Below are positions 10,272-20,000 of a stretch of 20,000 nt of DNA, one piece after another. Positions within the stretch are counted from its first letter, which is position 1. Each line of letters opens with the position of its first letter. Source of the stretch: Mesotaenium endlicherianum. Taxonomy: Eukaryota. The position numbers and the translations under genes are program-made. A model generated the notes under the pieces. That model made no database searches, was not told the DNA's origin, and was given only the letters and a program-made list of their open reading frames with translations. The stretch lies in the NCBI GenBank assembly GCA_009602735.1, contig WELA01003305.1, positions 561,862 through 581,861 on the forward strand. Direction: 5' to 3'.

Positions 10272-13200
10272 TGCTGCTAGTCTCGCTGCTGCTGCTGCCG
10301 CTGCTGCTGCTGCCACTGCTGGCTGCTGCTGCTGCTCACTGCTGCTCAGTTGCTGGCAGGGCTAGAGCCGGCGCCAGTCCTGGCGCTGGTACTCCTGCTC
10401 TTGCACTCGCTGCTGCTGCTGTTGCTCTTCCTGCTGCTGCTGTTGACAGCGCCGCTGCACTCCCAGTGCCGCTGCTGTTGCTGCTGGTGGTCTTAGTGCC
10501 GCCGAGCTCTTGGTGCTGCTGCTGCTGATGAGATGCTGGTGATGACGATGATGATGCTGCTCTCCAGCTGGTGCCTGTGCTGGCTGGCATGGTGGGCGGG
10601 GCTGGCGTCGCCGGGGAGAGGGGGCGGGGGGGCTTTTTGCTGGCGTGCATGCTGCCACTGCTGGCTGGCTGCTGCTCTTGCTCTCATCGATGCCCGTGCT
10701 CCTGCTGGTGCTACTGCCCCTGCTGGCGGCGCTGACCTGGCGGGGGTGGCGCTGAGGTGGCGCAGGTGCGGCTGTACTTTGCGGAGATGGAGTACGGCAA
10801 CCCGGCGCTGCGCTCGCAGGCCGTGGCCATTAACAATTTCACTGTACGCGTGCCCCTTGTCCCCTTGTCCCCTCGTCCCCTTGTCCCCTTGCCCCGTGCC
10901 TCCCGTCATGCCCCACTCAGCTGCTCTCTCTGCCCCCACTCTACTCACTCTGCTCACTCTGCTCTCTCTGCTCTCTCTGCTCTCGCTCTGCTCTTCCTCT
11001 GCTCTCTCTCTCTGCTCTCTCAGCTCTCTCTCTCTGCTCTCTCAGCTCTCTCTCTGCTCCCTACCGTGCTATGCCCCCTGCTTTCTGCTGGGCTATTTGC
11101 TGCTCTCAGCCGGCCATGTGGCCGACAAGGGACCTGCCAGGGCCAGATGGAGCGCTGCTTGGAATCACCGGATTGTGCGTGCGTTCCACCGTGCGGGCGT
11201 TCGTTTGTTGAGAATGTAATTTGTTGGGAGAGGGGCGTGTGCAAGCGCACGTGCGACACGCGCGCAAGCTCGCATGCGCATCCTGCAAAACGGTGCTTTG
11301 AAACCAAAGACGAGCACAAGCGCACGCGCAATCTACACTTTTTGCACAGCTGACGTGCAAGTTGAGGTCAACGGCAGTCAACAGAGGCCGACCCGGACAA
11401 GGTCAAACGGGGTCAACTGTGGTCAACAGGGGTAATTGTTGGGGGTCACCCTGGGGGGGTTCTTGTTGCGTGCGTGTTCCTGTTCCTGCGTGTGCACAGG
11501 TGCTGGACAACTTCAACACCCCGCAGCAGTACTACCAGTTTGGGTTCGAGTACTCCCTCCCCATTAACTCCTCGCACATCTTCATCAACTTCACGCAGAT
11601 TGTCGGCGCGCCCTACATCAATTGCATTGAGGTACGCCCGCACGCACACACGCGCACGCGCACATGCACGCACGCATGCACGTACTCACACACGCACGTA
11701 TTCACGACGCATGGGCACACTTCACATATAGCGGGGGGGCTCCCTTTATACTACGTCGAGGAAAAGCACGCACGCACGCACGCATGTATACGAACTCACA
11801 CACGCACGTACGCATGCATGCGTGCAACACATGCGCTCCGCGCACCCTAAATTAACTGCAGCGAGGCACGCGCGCGCGCACGCTCGCACACGCGCAGGCA
11901 TGCACTGACATACGCACGCGCGCATGAACGTCCTCACACGCGCACGCTTTTGCACGCACGCATGCACACAAGCAGACTTTCTCACAAGCACGCATCCACA
12001 CGCGCTCGCTTTTGCACGCGCATGCATGCATGCGTGCACAACATGCGCAGGCATGCGGGTGCACGGGCCCATGTTCGCCGCACCTTGTGGCTCCTTTTTG
12101 CTCTCTCTGGGGAGGGGGGAATTTTTGGGTGAACGCGGGGCGGGGGAGGGGGGGGATGGAGAAAGATCAGCTGTTTGTGTAAGCAATTATATTCTACAAT
12201 CGATAGTGCTACCTGGTCGCGTCATGCACTNTGGCTCATAGCAGCATTGCGCTTTTTTTGAATCTGCTCCTGCTTCTCACCCCTCCTCCTCCTCCTCCTC
12301 CTCCTCCTCCTCCACCACCACGTCCTTGCCCCCCAGTGGGCCGGTCGCCAGAGCATCCACTTTCTGCATAGATTGTCCATATAAACGGGCAGTATGAGGT
12401 TGCCAGTGATCAGTGCAGATCGGGAAAAATTCATGTATGTACGAATACACTAGTGGGTTTTTCCAACAGTCGTCAGGCAGCATGGGATGTGCGTCGCAAT
12501 CATTCTATCTCAAACCCGTTGCATTGCTCGTCTGCGCTGCTGGCCAAGGGTTGCCGACGCCTGCAACAGCGTCACGAGTTGATGCTTTACCATTTAATAA
12601 CCACCATATGTATTATCTTGATAGCATAACCAATCCGATTGCTGAAAGTCATGTGCGACAATCGGCCCGGCAGACTGCGCCTGTGCCCCCAGCAGCTCAA
12701 GTGGGTCTCCAAAGTCGCGAATCTGACCCTCACAGAGTGAATGCCACCTGCTGAACGCGTGTGCATCCTGCCCCTTTGTTGCCTTTCTCTCTCGCCGCCC
12801 GTCCGTTGCCGCCTCGCTGGCAGATCTCGCCGATGCCCGCCGGCCTGTACCGCGACCGTCTGCCCTACGAGGCCGTGCTGACGACGCAGTACAGGTGGCG
12901 CGCCGACGCCGTCGCCAGCACCTCGTTCGACTCGCTCTCGCGCCAGTGGAGCCACGACACCGACTTCATCGCCTTCACCGTCGAGAACTCGAGCGTGCGC
13001 GCCGTCCCCGGCCCCGTCTCCGTCGCCCCGGGGGGGCTCGCCGCGGCCGGCGCCTACGAGCCGTTTGTGTACGCTGCGCAGCGCCGCGTCGCCGCCCCTG
13101 CTCCTGCCCCCACGGCGGGCGGCGGGGCGGGCGGCGGGGACGGGGAGGACGACCAGGGGCTGACAACGCAGCTGTTTGTGCTCAGCACGGGGCTCTACCT

Positions 13201-16200
13201 CGTGCGCCTGCACTTTGTGGAGGCCGACGCGACAGCTGGCAGGCTGCGGCTACTGGATGTGGCCCTCCAGGGGGAGGTGCGCTCTTGGTTCTCTTCTCTG
13301 GCCGCGGGCGTGGGCAGGGTCGGGGTCGGGCTCGGGCTCGGGCTCTGGCTTTGGCTCTGGCTTGCTGCCTCTGTCCCTCCACTCGTGTGTCTGTGTCTTG
13401 TCGCTCGCTCTCCCTCTCTCCCCTTTCTTGTCCCTTTCTTTCTTCTGTCTCTCCCTTCTCTCTTCTCTCTCTCATGCGAAAGATGTGCATCGCTCAGCAC
13501 CACGGCTGGGCACTTCACTTTCTCCTGGATGCCGCGGCAGACCCGCTTGCAGACATGCATGCATGTGCATCCACAGACGCCGATGACAGAGGAACAGAAC
13601 AATCGCGAGTGTATACTATTGACACGCGCTTCAGGAGGGTGAGCTTGAGAGAGTCCAGCTGGCAAGCCCTCGGCTGCTGGGCTCTCTTGAGTTCTGTCAG
13701 AAGTTTTTGCCGTTTGAAATCTGATCACTTGGAAGGCGTCCCACTGATTCTGTTGGACGCGCTTTGCAGAAGTTGCGTTGAAGGAGGGGTGATTTGTCGG
13801 TGAAATGATTTGGCGATGATCTGGCAGATGACCTGTCGGATAATTTGTGAATGTTTTAGGGATCGGCAAGGGGGCAATTTGTGTCATTCTTGCCTGATGC
13901 TTTTCTCTTACCTCCCATACAACGACCTTAAGAATCATTAGGTCCAATGCATTTTCTCCACGGAAACTCCTCAGATGTTCCAAGCAGTGCCCGTCCCGCC
14001 GACCACTCACGCACGCCAGCTGGCACTCTCTCGTTGGCCCGCCCCCCGCAGACGGTGGCCCAGGAGCTAAGCATCCTGGAGCAGGGAGGGGGGACTGCCA
14101 ACAAGGCGGTGGTGCTGGACTACAACACGACGCTGACATCTGTCAGCGCCGCGCTCACCCTCTCCATCCGGGCCAGCGCGAGCTCTCAGCTCCAGGAGCC
14201 CATTCTGAGCGGCGCCGAGATCTTCTCGATCCAACCGCTGCACCCCATCGTGACCCCGCCCCCCTCAGGTCAGCTCCTTCTCCGCCACTTGGCACCCGCC
14301 GCCACCTGGCACATCCCGGCATCGGCCACCAGGCACCTGGCAAATGGCACTGCCCACCTGGTAGTGAATATGTGGAGCAAGCCCTGATCACTTTCGTGAT
14401 TCGCAGACCCGTGTTGTCGGGAAGGTTCCACAGCACAGCGCAGCCCATCATGGGTGTTGGAGTCTCACCACTGTTCATTACTTACTTCCGCAAGCTTGCC
14501 CTCTCTCGTCCCACCCCCCCCCGTCCCTTCCCCTTTCCCTCTGCTGCATGTTAAATTGATCTGGTGGCTCCCATGGTCATGCGATTCCCTACACAGACAC
14601 CTGGCACAAGCACGCGTTCCCGCGCTTACACCTGGCCCAGCATGGGTTACCGCGCTGTGGGACCTGGCTGAGCAGCCCGCCAAGCGTGCATTCCCGTGCT
14701 GACACCTGGGACCTGGCCGGGCGGCCCTTCCACTGCACGCCACCTGAAGTAATGGCACGCTGATCTGGCGGTCCTGGCGGTGCGCTGCGCTGACAGGTGG
14801 CGGGTCCTCGCTGTCGACGGGTGCTGTGGTGGGGATCTCCGTGGCGGCCGCGCTCGTGTTTGCTGCCATGATCGCCATCGGCCTCTGCACGGGGCGCCAC
14901 CTGGCGCGTCAATTCGACCAGGGGTACCTCCCGGGCGACGAAGGTCGGCCGCTCTTCTTTCCCTCTCTCGTCCGGCGCCCCCCTTTGCTCTTCTCTGCGT
15001 TCTGCCCGCCCTCCGATAGCTTGAGCAAGGGTAGCTGCTGGATGACCGGGAATATATACCGGGCGATGAAGGCCAGATGCTCTCCCTCTCCCTTTTGCCG
15101 CCCCACGCCCCCCACGCCACTCCCCCTCCCCCCCCCAAGGGAGGGGAAACGCTTCCTCTGCTTCAGTCTCTGAGCAGTGAATGCTGCTGGATGGCCAGGG
15201 CACATAGGCATTTTGGCTGCGTCAGAAAAGAGCCGGCCTCTCTCTCCATCTATCTCTCTCAGTGCTCTCTCTCTCTCTGGCCGTCGCTTGCTCTGGCTCT
15301 CCGTCTGCATGCCCCTCCCTTCTTTCGGCTTGTTCAAAGAAACACAATGTGACGTGCATGTATGTGCGCATACCTGTCTCTGAAGGTCGTGACAGGTGGA
15401 TGCCGTTTCCTCGTAGTTAATATTGGCCCTTTGCCAGTACATTCACAGTGGATGTGGATGCATGTAAGGGTCATCTGACTCGTTGATATGCTTGTAGTCA
15501 AATACATGCCGCGAATCCATTGTGCAATTATTTTGACCCCTCCTTCCTCCTGCTCTCTTGCCATCCTATGGCGACCAACAAGGCGGACTTCCGAGGAATG
15601 CATGTCGGGCCGACACTTGGCGCGTCCTTGCTGCGCCCCTGCAAGGGCTGCAGGGGGCTGACACATGTTCTGTTCCGATGCTTCCACGAGGCTGAGGCTG
15701 GCGTGCTGGCGTGCTGGCGTGCTGGCAGTTCTGCGTGCAAGGCTGGGGCTACGGCCAACACCTGTCGCGCGTGCTGTCAAGCCAGGGGCTGACGCTGGAG
15801 CCGACGCTGGCACCTCCTGCTGTCGCATTGACGCCTGCTGCTGTCACTCTGTCGCGTGTGCTGGCTGGCCCTTTCTCCCGGGGAACGCGACAGGTGGCAG
15901 GGCGCTGCTGTCGCAGCTGCAGGTGCGCGCCGTTGGGTTCTACTCCCTGGACAAGCTCAACAGGGCCACCGACAGATTCNGTTTGTGCTCAGCACGGGGC
16001 TCTACCTCGTGCGCCTGCACTTTGTGGAGGCCGACGCGACAGCTGGCAGGCTGCGGCTACTGGATGTGGCCCTCCAGGGGGAGGTGCGCTCTTGGTTCTC
16101 TTCTCTGGCCGCGGGCGTGGGCAGGGTCGGGGTCGGGCTCGGGCTCGGGCTCTGGCTTTGGCTCTGGCTTGCTGCCTCTGTCCCTCCACTCGTGTGTCTG

Positions 16201-19200
16201 TGTCTTGTCGCTCGCTCTCCCTCTCTCCCCTTTCTTGTCCCTTTCTTTCTTCTGTCTCTCCCTTCTCTCTTCTCTCTCTCATGCGAAAGATGTGCATCGC
16301 TCAGCACCACGGCTGGGCACTTCACTTTCTCCTGGATGCCGCGGCAGACCCGCTTGCAGACATGCATGCATGTGCATCCACAGACGCCGATGACAGAGGA
16401 ACAGAACAATCGCGAGTGTATACTATTGACACGCGCTTCAGGAGGGTGAGCTTGAGAGAGTCCAGCTGGCAAGCCCTCGGCTGCTGGGCTCTCTTGAGTT
16501 CTGTCAGAAGTTTTTGCCGTTTGAAATCTGATCACTTGGAAGGCGTCCCACTGATTCTGTTGGACGCGCTTTGCAGAAGTTGCGTTGAAGGAGGGGTGAT
16601 TTGTCGGTGAAATGATTTGGCGATGATCTGGCAGATGACCTGTCGGATAATTTGTGAATGTTTTAGGGATCGGCAAGGGGGCAATTTGTGTCATTCTTGC
16701 CTGATGCTTTTCTCTTACCTCCCATACAACGACCTTAAGAATCATTAGGTCCAATGCATTTTCTCCACGGAAACTCCTCAGATGTTCCAAGCAGTGCCCG
16801 TCCCGCCGACCACTCACGCACGCCAGCTGGCACTCTCTCGTTGGCCCGCCCCCCGCAGACGGTGGCCCAGGAGCTAAGCATCCTGGAGCAGGGAGGGGGG
16901 ACTGCCAACAAGGCGGTGGTGCTGGACTACAACACGACGCTGACATCTGTCAGCGCCGCGCTCACCCTCTCCATCCGGGCCAGCGCGAGCTCTCAGCTCC
17001 AGGAGCCCATTCTGAGCGGCGCCGAGATCTTCTCGATCCAACCGCTGCACCCCATCGTGACCCCGCCCCCCTCAGGTCAGCTCCTTCTCCGCCACTTGGC
17101 ACCCGCCGCCACCTGGCACATCCCGGCATCGGCCACCAGGCACCTGGCAAATGGCACTGCCCACCTGGTAGTGAATATGTGGAGCAAGCCCTGATCACTT
17201 TCGTGATTCGCAGACCCGTGTTGTCGGGAAGGTTCCACAGCACAGCGCAGCCCATCATGGGTGTTGGAGTCTCACCACTGTTCATTACTTACTTCCGCAA
17301 GCTTGCCCTCTCTCGTCCCACCCCCCCCCGTCCCTTCCCCTTTCCCTCTGCTGCATGTTAAATTGATCTGGTGGCTCCCATGGTCATGCGATTCCCTACA
17401 CAGACACCTGGCACAAGCACGCGTTCCCGCGCTTACACCTGGCCCAGCATGGGTTACCGCGCTGTGGGACCTGGCTGAGCAGCCCGCCAAGCGTGCATTC
17501 CCGTGCTGACACCTGGGACCTGGCCGGGCGGCCCTTCCACTGCACGCCACCTGAAGTAATGGCACGCTGATCTGGCGGTCCTGGCGGTGCGCTGCGCTGA
17601 CAGGTGGCGGGTCCTCGCTGTCGACGGGTGCTGTGGTGGGGATCTCCGTGGCGGCCGCGCTCGTGTTTGCTGCCATGATCGCCATCGGCCTCTGCACGGG
17701 GCGCCACCTGGCGCGTCAATTCGACCAGGGGTACCTCCCGGGCGACGAAGGTCGGCCGCTCTTCTTTCCCTCTCTCGTCCGGCGCCCCCCTTTGCTCTTC
17801 TCTGCGTTCTGCCCGCCCTCCGATAGCTTGAGCAAGGGTAGCTGCTGGATGACCGGGAATATATACCGGGCGATGAAGGCCAGATGCTCTCCCTCTCCCT
17901 TTTGCCGCCCCACGCCCCCCACGCCACTCCCCCTCCCCCCCCCAAGGGAGGGGAAACGCTTCCTCTGCTTCAGTCTCTGAGCAGTGAATGCTGCTGGATG
18001 GCCAGGGCACATAGGCATTTTGGCTGCGTCAGAAAAGAGCCGGCCTCTCTCTCCATCTATCTCTCTCAGTGCTCTCTCTCTCTCTGGCCGTCGCTTGCTC
18101 TGGCTCTCCGTCTGCATGCCCCTCCCTTCTTTCGGCTTGTTCAAAGAAACACAATGTGACGTGCATGTATGTGCGCATACCTGTCTCTGAAGGTCGTGAC
18201 AGGTGGATGCCGTTTCCTCGTAGTTAATATTGGCCCTTTGCCAGTACATTCACAGTGGATGTGGATGCATGTAAGGGTCATCTGACTCGTTGATATGCTT
18301 GTAGTCAAATACATGCCGCGAATCCATTGTGCAATTATTTTGACCCCTCCTTCCTCCTGCTCTCTTGCCATCCTATGGCGACCAACAAGGCGGACTTCCG
18401 AGGAATGCATGTCGGGCCGACACTTGGCGCGTCCTTGCTGCGCCCCTGCAAGGGCTGCAGGGGGCTGACACATGTTCTGTTCCGATGCTTCCACGAGGCT
18501 GAGGCTGGCGTGCTGGCGTGCTGGCGTGCTGGCAGTTCTGCGTGCAAGGCTGGGGCTACGGCCAACACCTGTCGCGCGTGCTGTCAAGCCAGGGGCTGAC
18601 GCTGGAGCCGACGCTGGCACCTCCTGCTGTCGCATTGACGCCTGCTGCTGTCACTCTGTCGCGTGTGCTGGCTGGCCCTTTCTCCCGGGGAACGCGACAG
18701 GTGGCAGGGCGCTGCTGTCGCAGCTGCAGGTGCGCGCCGTTGGGTTCTACTCCCTGGACAAGCTCAACAGGGCCACCGACAGATTCAGCGACAAGCTCAA
18801 GATCGGGGAGGGCGGCTTTGGGAAGGTATACAAGGCCACCTTGGACGGCCAGGTGGTGGCCATCAAGAGGGCCAACCTTTCATCGCGGCGGAACCTGCAG
18901 ACGTTCACTGAGGAGGTGAGGCGCAGACAGGCGTGGGCGTGGGTGTGGGCATGGGTGGTGGGTGTGAGTGGTGGTAGCGCTTGGGCGTAGCAGACGTGTG
19001 ATAGGTGATGCTGCCGCGTGCAGGTGTGGCCGTTGTGTATCTTTTCGAGCTAATCTATCTCAGCAGAATATTTCATTCTTGGACTTTTTCTATTGCTCAT
19101 CACTGCGCATTTTTTGTCCAATTTAGTCGTCCACTTTGTGAGCCCCCGACTGATCGAAGGGGCCTGCACTGAGGGCCGTGTAAGCTACAGTCTTGAGGAT

Positions 19201-19356
19201 TTACCCCCCCCCNCCATTCTTTGAAATCCAAGATTATAAATGCACGTGTGTACATATATGATTGACATATGCATGTATGTCTGGACATGCTTGAACATAC
19301 TTATATACAGATATATGCACAAATGATAAGTACGTACAAACTCGTGTACAGAAATG

Positions 19357-19391
<35 letters not shown>

Positions 19392-19959
19392 AAGTACATA
19401 TATGCATAGGCACACACATTAGTTCGTACATATATGTGTGTATATTTATACATGTATACATATATTCTTATATATATATATATATACATATGTGCGATAG
19501 TGGTGGTTTTGGCCAATGGTGGCTGAGTCGTTGACATTTGGCGCGTGCGCCGCCACTGCTGGCCGGGTGCGTGCGTGCGGGGCGGGCAGGGCCAGTACAT
19601 CCCAGCTGCGAGTATCTCAAACTGCCTCTGAAGCTGACTTGTGCGTTGGCGCATCGGCGTTGGCGTTGCTGGCTGGGTGCATGCGGGGGTGCATGTGGGG
19701 TGGACATGTGGCATAGACCTCATATTGCAGCCGAATCTGATATGGGCGTTATCTGACATGGGCGTTGGTGCCATCGTTGGCATTGGTGTGGGCTGGGTGG
19801 CTGGGTGCGCGTGGGGCTGACAGGTGGACCTTATCTCGCAGCTCAACCACGTGAACCTCATCAAGCTGCTCGGCTTCTGCTCCGAGCGCAAGGAGCAGAT
19901 CTTTGTGTACGAGTTTGTGCCAAATGGCACTCTGCACGACCACCTGCATCACGATCCAG
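6984..19959 (+). CDS. Malectin-like-domain receptor-like Ser/Thr kinase (CrRLK1L/FERONIA-like architecture), multi-exon, 3'-incomplete
   Basis: Phase-compatible GT..AG exons: 6984-7089, 8761-9032, 10766-10843, 11500-11631, 12824-13276, 14052-14268, 14797-14943, then (collapsing the duplication) 18701-18915 and 19824-19959. The joined protein has a signal peptide, malectin-like A (LRINCGG..WVADSYF..GLYFVRLYFAE..PYINCIEI), malectin-like B (RQWSHD..GLYLVRLHFVE..ILSGAEIF), a TM helix, and kinase subdomains I-V (IGEGGFGKVYKA, VAIKR, EE-VDLISQLNHVNLIKLLGFC, VYEFVPNGTL). Confidence 0.9.
7582..7798. repeat. 36-bp minisatellite, ~6 units, in RLK intron 1
   Basis: Unit consensus AAGAGGGGCAGATKTGACAGGTAGCGGGTGCAGCTT starts at 7582, 7618, 7654, 7690, 7727 and 7763; partial copies lie near 7841 and 7927. 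Confidence 0.9.
8282..8387. repeat. (CA)n/(CACG)n microsatellite
   Basis: Visible ACACACAC run with CACG interruptions. Confidence 0.9.
8649..8720. repeat. Perfect 2 x 36-bp AT-rich direct repeat
   Basis: TATTTCTTTATCCACTTATTTACTTATATACTTAGT at 8649-8684 and 8685-8720. Confidence 0.9.
8761..9032 (+). CDS. RLK exon 2: N-terminal part of malectin-like domain A
   Basis: Acceptor ACGCAG|; encodes GTLRINCGGPTMQDTGNRTWVADSYF...LFGSFRTW...YAIPVAKPGLYF; donor |GTGAGT; strongly GC3-rich codons. Confidence 0.9.
10238..10740. repeat. Imperfect (CTG)n-rich low-complexity tract in RLK intron 2
   Basis: Many CTGCTGCTG runs, which explain the poly-Ala/Leu/Cys/Gln ORFs in all frames. Confidence 0.9.
10766..10843 (+). 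CDS. RLK exon 3: malectin-like domain A
   Basis: GCGCAG| VRLYFAEMEYGNPALRSQAVAINNFT |GTACGC; 78 nt, phase 0/0; continues GLYF-VRLYFAE. Confidence 0.88.
10921..11058. repeat. (CT)n/CTCTG low-complexity tract in RLK intron 3
   Basis: Visible CTCTCTG repeats. Confidence 0.85.
11500..11631 (+). CDS. RLK exon 4: end of malectin-like domain A
   Basis: GCACAG| VLDNFNTPQQYYQFGFEYSLPINSSHIFINFTQIVGAPYINCIE |GTACGC; 132 nt; the P-x-IN-x-IE motif ends malectin domains. Confidence 0.88.
11638..12064. repeat. (CACG/CA/CATG)n low-complexity tract in RLK intron 4
   Basis: Long alternating purine-pyrimidine runs such as GCACGCACAC and GCATGCATGC. Confidence 0.85.
12283..12312. repeat. (CCT)n microsatellite
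   Basis: About 10 tandem CCT units. Confidence 0.9.
12824..13276 (+). CDS. RLK exon 5: malectin-like domain B
   Basis: TGGCAG| ISPMPAGLY...YRW...DSLSRQWSHD...VYAAQR...GLYLVRLHFVE...LLDVALQGE |GTGCGC; 453 nt, phase 0/0. Confidence 0.9.
14052..14268 (+). CDS. RLK exon 6 (copy 1): end of malectin-like domain B
   Basis: CCGCAG| TVAQELSILEQGGGTANKAVVLDY...EPILSGAEIFSIQPLHPIVTPPPS-G |GTCAGC; 217 nt, phase 0/1. Confidence 0.88.
14797..14943 (+). CDS. RLK exon 7 (copy 1): transmembrane helix
   Basis: TGACAG| GGGSSLSTGAVVGISVAAALVFAAMIAIGLCTGRHLARQFDQGYLPGDE-G |GTCGGC; hydrophobic stretch followed by basic residues. Confidence 0.88.
15894..15979 (+). CDS. RLK exon 8 (copy 1), truncated at the N
   Basis: CGACAG| GGRALLSQLQVRAVGFYSLDKLNRATDRF, then the N at 15980. 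The full exon is at 18701-18915. Confidence 0.7.
15981..16083 (+). CDS. RLK exon 5 3' fragment (copy 2)
   Basis: FVLSTGLYLVRLHFVEADATAGRLRLLDVALQGE |GTGCGC, duplicate of 13174-13276. Confidence 0.7.
16859..17075 (+). CDS. RLK exon 6 (copy 2)
   Basis: Duplicate of 14052-14268 at offset 2807. Confidence 0.8.
17604..17750 (+). CDS. RLK exon 7 (copy 2): transmembrane helix
   Basis: Duplicate of 14797-14943 at offset 2807. Confidence 0.8.
18701..18915 (+). CDS. RLK exon 8 (complete): juxtamembrane region and kinase subdomains I-III
   Basis: FYSLDKLNRATDRFSDKLKIGEGGFGKVYKATLDGQVVAIKRANLSSRRNLQTFTEE |GTGAGG; RLK/Pelle glycine-rich loop and VAIK lysine. Confidence 0.95.
19245..19494. repeat. (TA)n/(TG)n microsatellite-rich tract in RLK intron 8
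   Basis: TATATATA and TGTGTGTG runs, for example at 19357-19391 and 19469-19486. Confidence 0.88.
19824..19959 (+). CDS. RLK exon 9: kinase subdomains III-V
   Basis: TGACAG| VDLISQLNHVNLIKLLGFCSERKEQIFVYEFVPNGTLHDHLHHDP-G |GTGCAC. Confidence 0.95.
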
Positions 19960-20000
19960 GTGCACCTGCCCTGGCCCCCCCTCCCCCCCATACCCCCCCC

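Larger units (their letters stand above)
13174..18786. repeat. 2806-bp direct tandem duplication (13174-15979 and 15981-18786) separated by a single N; probable assembly artefact
   Basis: The ORF track repeats with identical translations at a constant offset of 2807, and no differences were seen by eye, introns included. The junction is the ambiguous base at 15980. Confidence 0.95.

Noticed and set aside
9934..11353. Long poly-Ala/Gln/Leu/Ser ORFs on both strands
   Set aside because: They are by-products of CTG and CT low-complexity tracts. Only 10766-10843 has protein motifs and splice sites.
13195..14139. 314-aa minus-strand ORF (and its copy at 16002..16946)
   Set aside because: It is antisense to RLK exons and an intron in GC-rich DNA, with no recognisable domain.
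13174..18786. A receptor with two TM helices or duplicated malectin exons as a novel architecture
   Set aside because: The junction is an N, it is out of frame, and the copies look identical, so an assembly artefact is the simpler explanation.
10119..19213. Single N bases at 10119, 12231, 15980 and 19213
   Set aside because: They are assembly gap markers, not biology. True intron lengths at these points are uncertain and small exons could be missing.

Overview
Eukaryotic nuclear DNA. GC-rich exons, long simple-repeat-rich spliceosomal introns and a plant-type receptor kinase suggest a streptophyte alga or plant, possibly Zygnematophyceae (inference). There are three parts. (1) 1-1459 is the 3' end of a decayed Ty1/Copia LTR retrotransposon: frameshifted RT, RNase H, polypurine tract and 3' LTR. 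(2) About 2529-5300 on the minus strand is a decayed gene with very short (39-64 nt) introns. It encodes a coiled-coil-like N-terminus and a ~200-aa domain whose reconstructed motifs resemble, from memory, the small accessory OB-fold-like proteins of fungal RNA viruses (gammapartitivirus dsRNA3 type) and their fungal nuclear homologs. This is the most unusual element, and the identification needs a homology search. (3) 6984->20000 on the plus strand is an intron-rich receptor-like kinase with CrRLK1L/FERONIA-like architecture: signal peptide, two tandem malectin-like domains, TM helix and Ser/Thr kinase, continuing past the window end. A 2806-bp stretch of this gene appears twice (13174-15979 and 15981-18786) around a single N and is most likely an assembly artefact.
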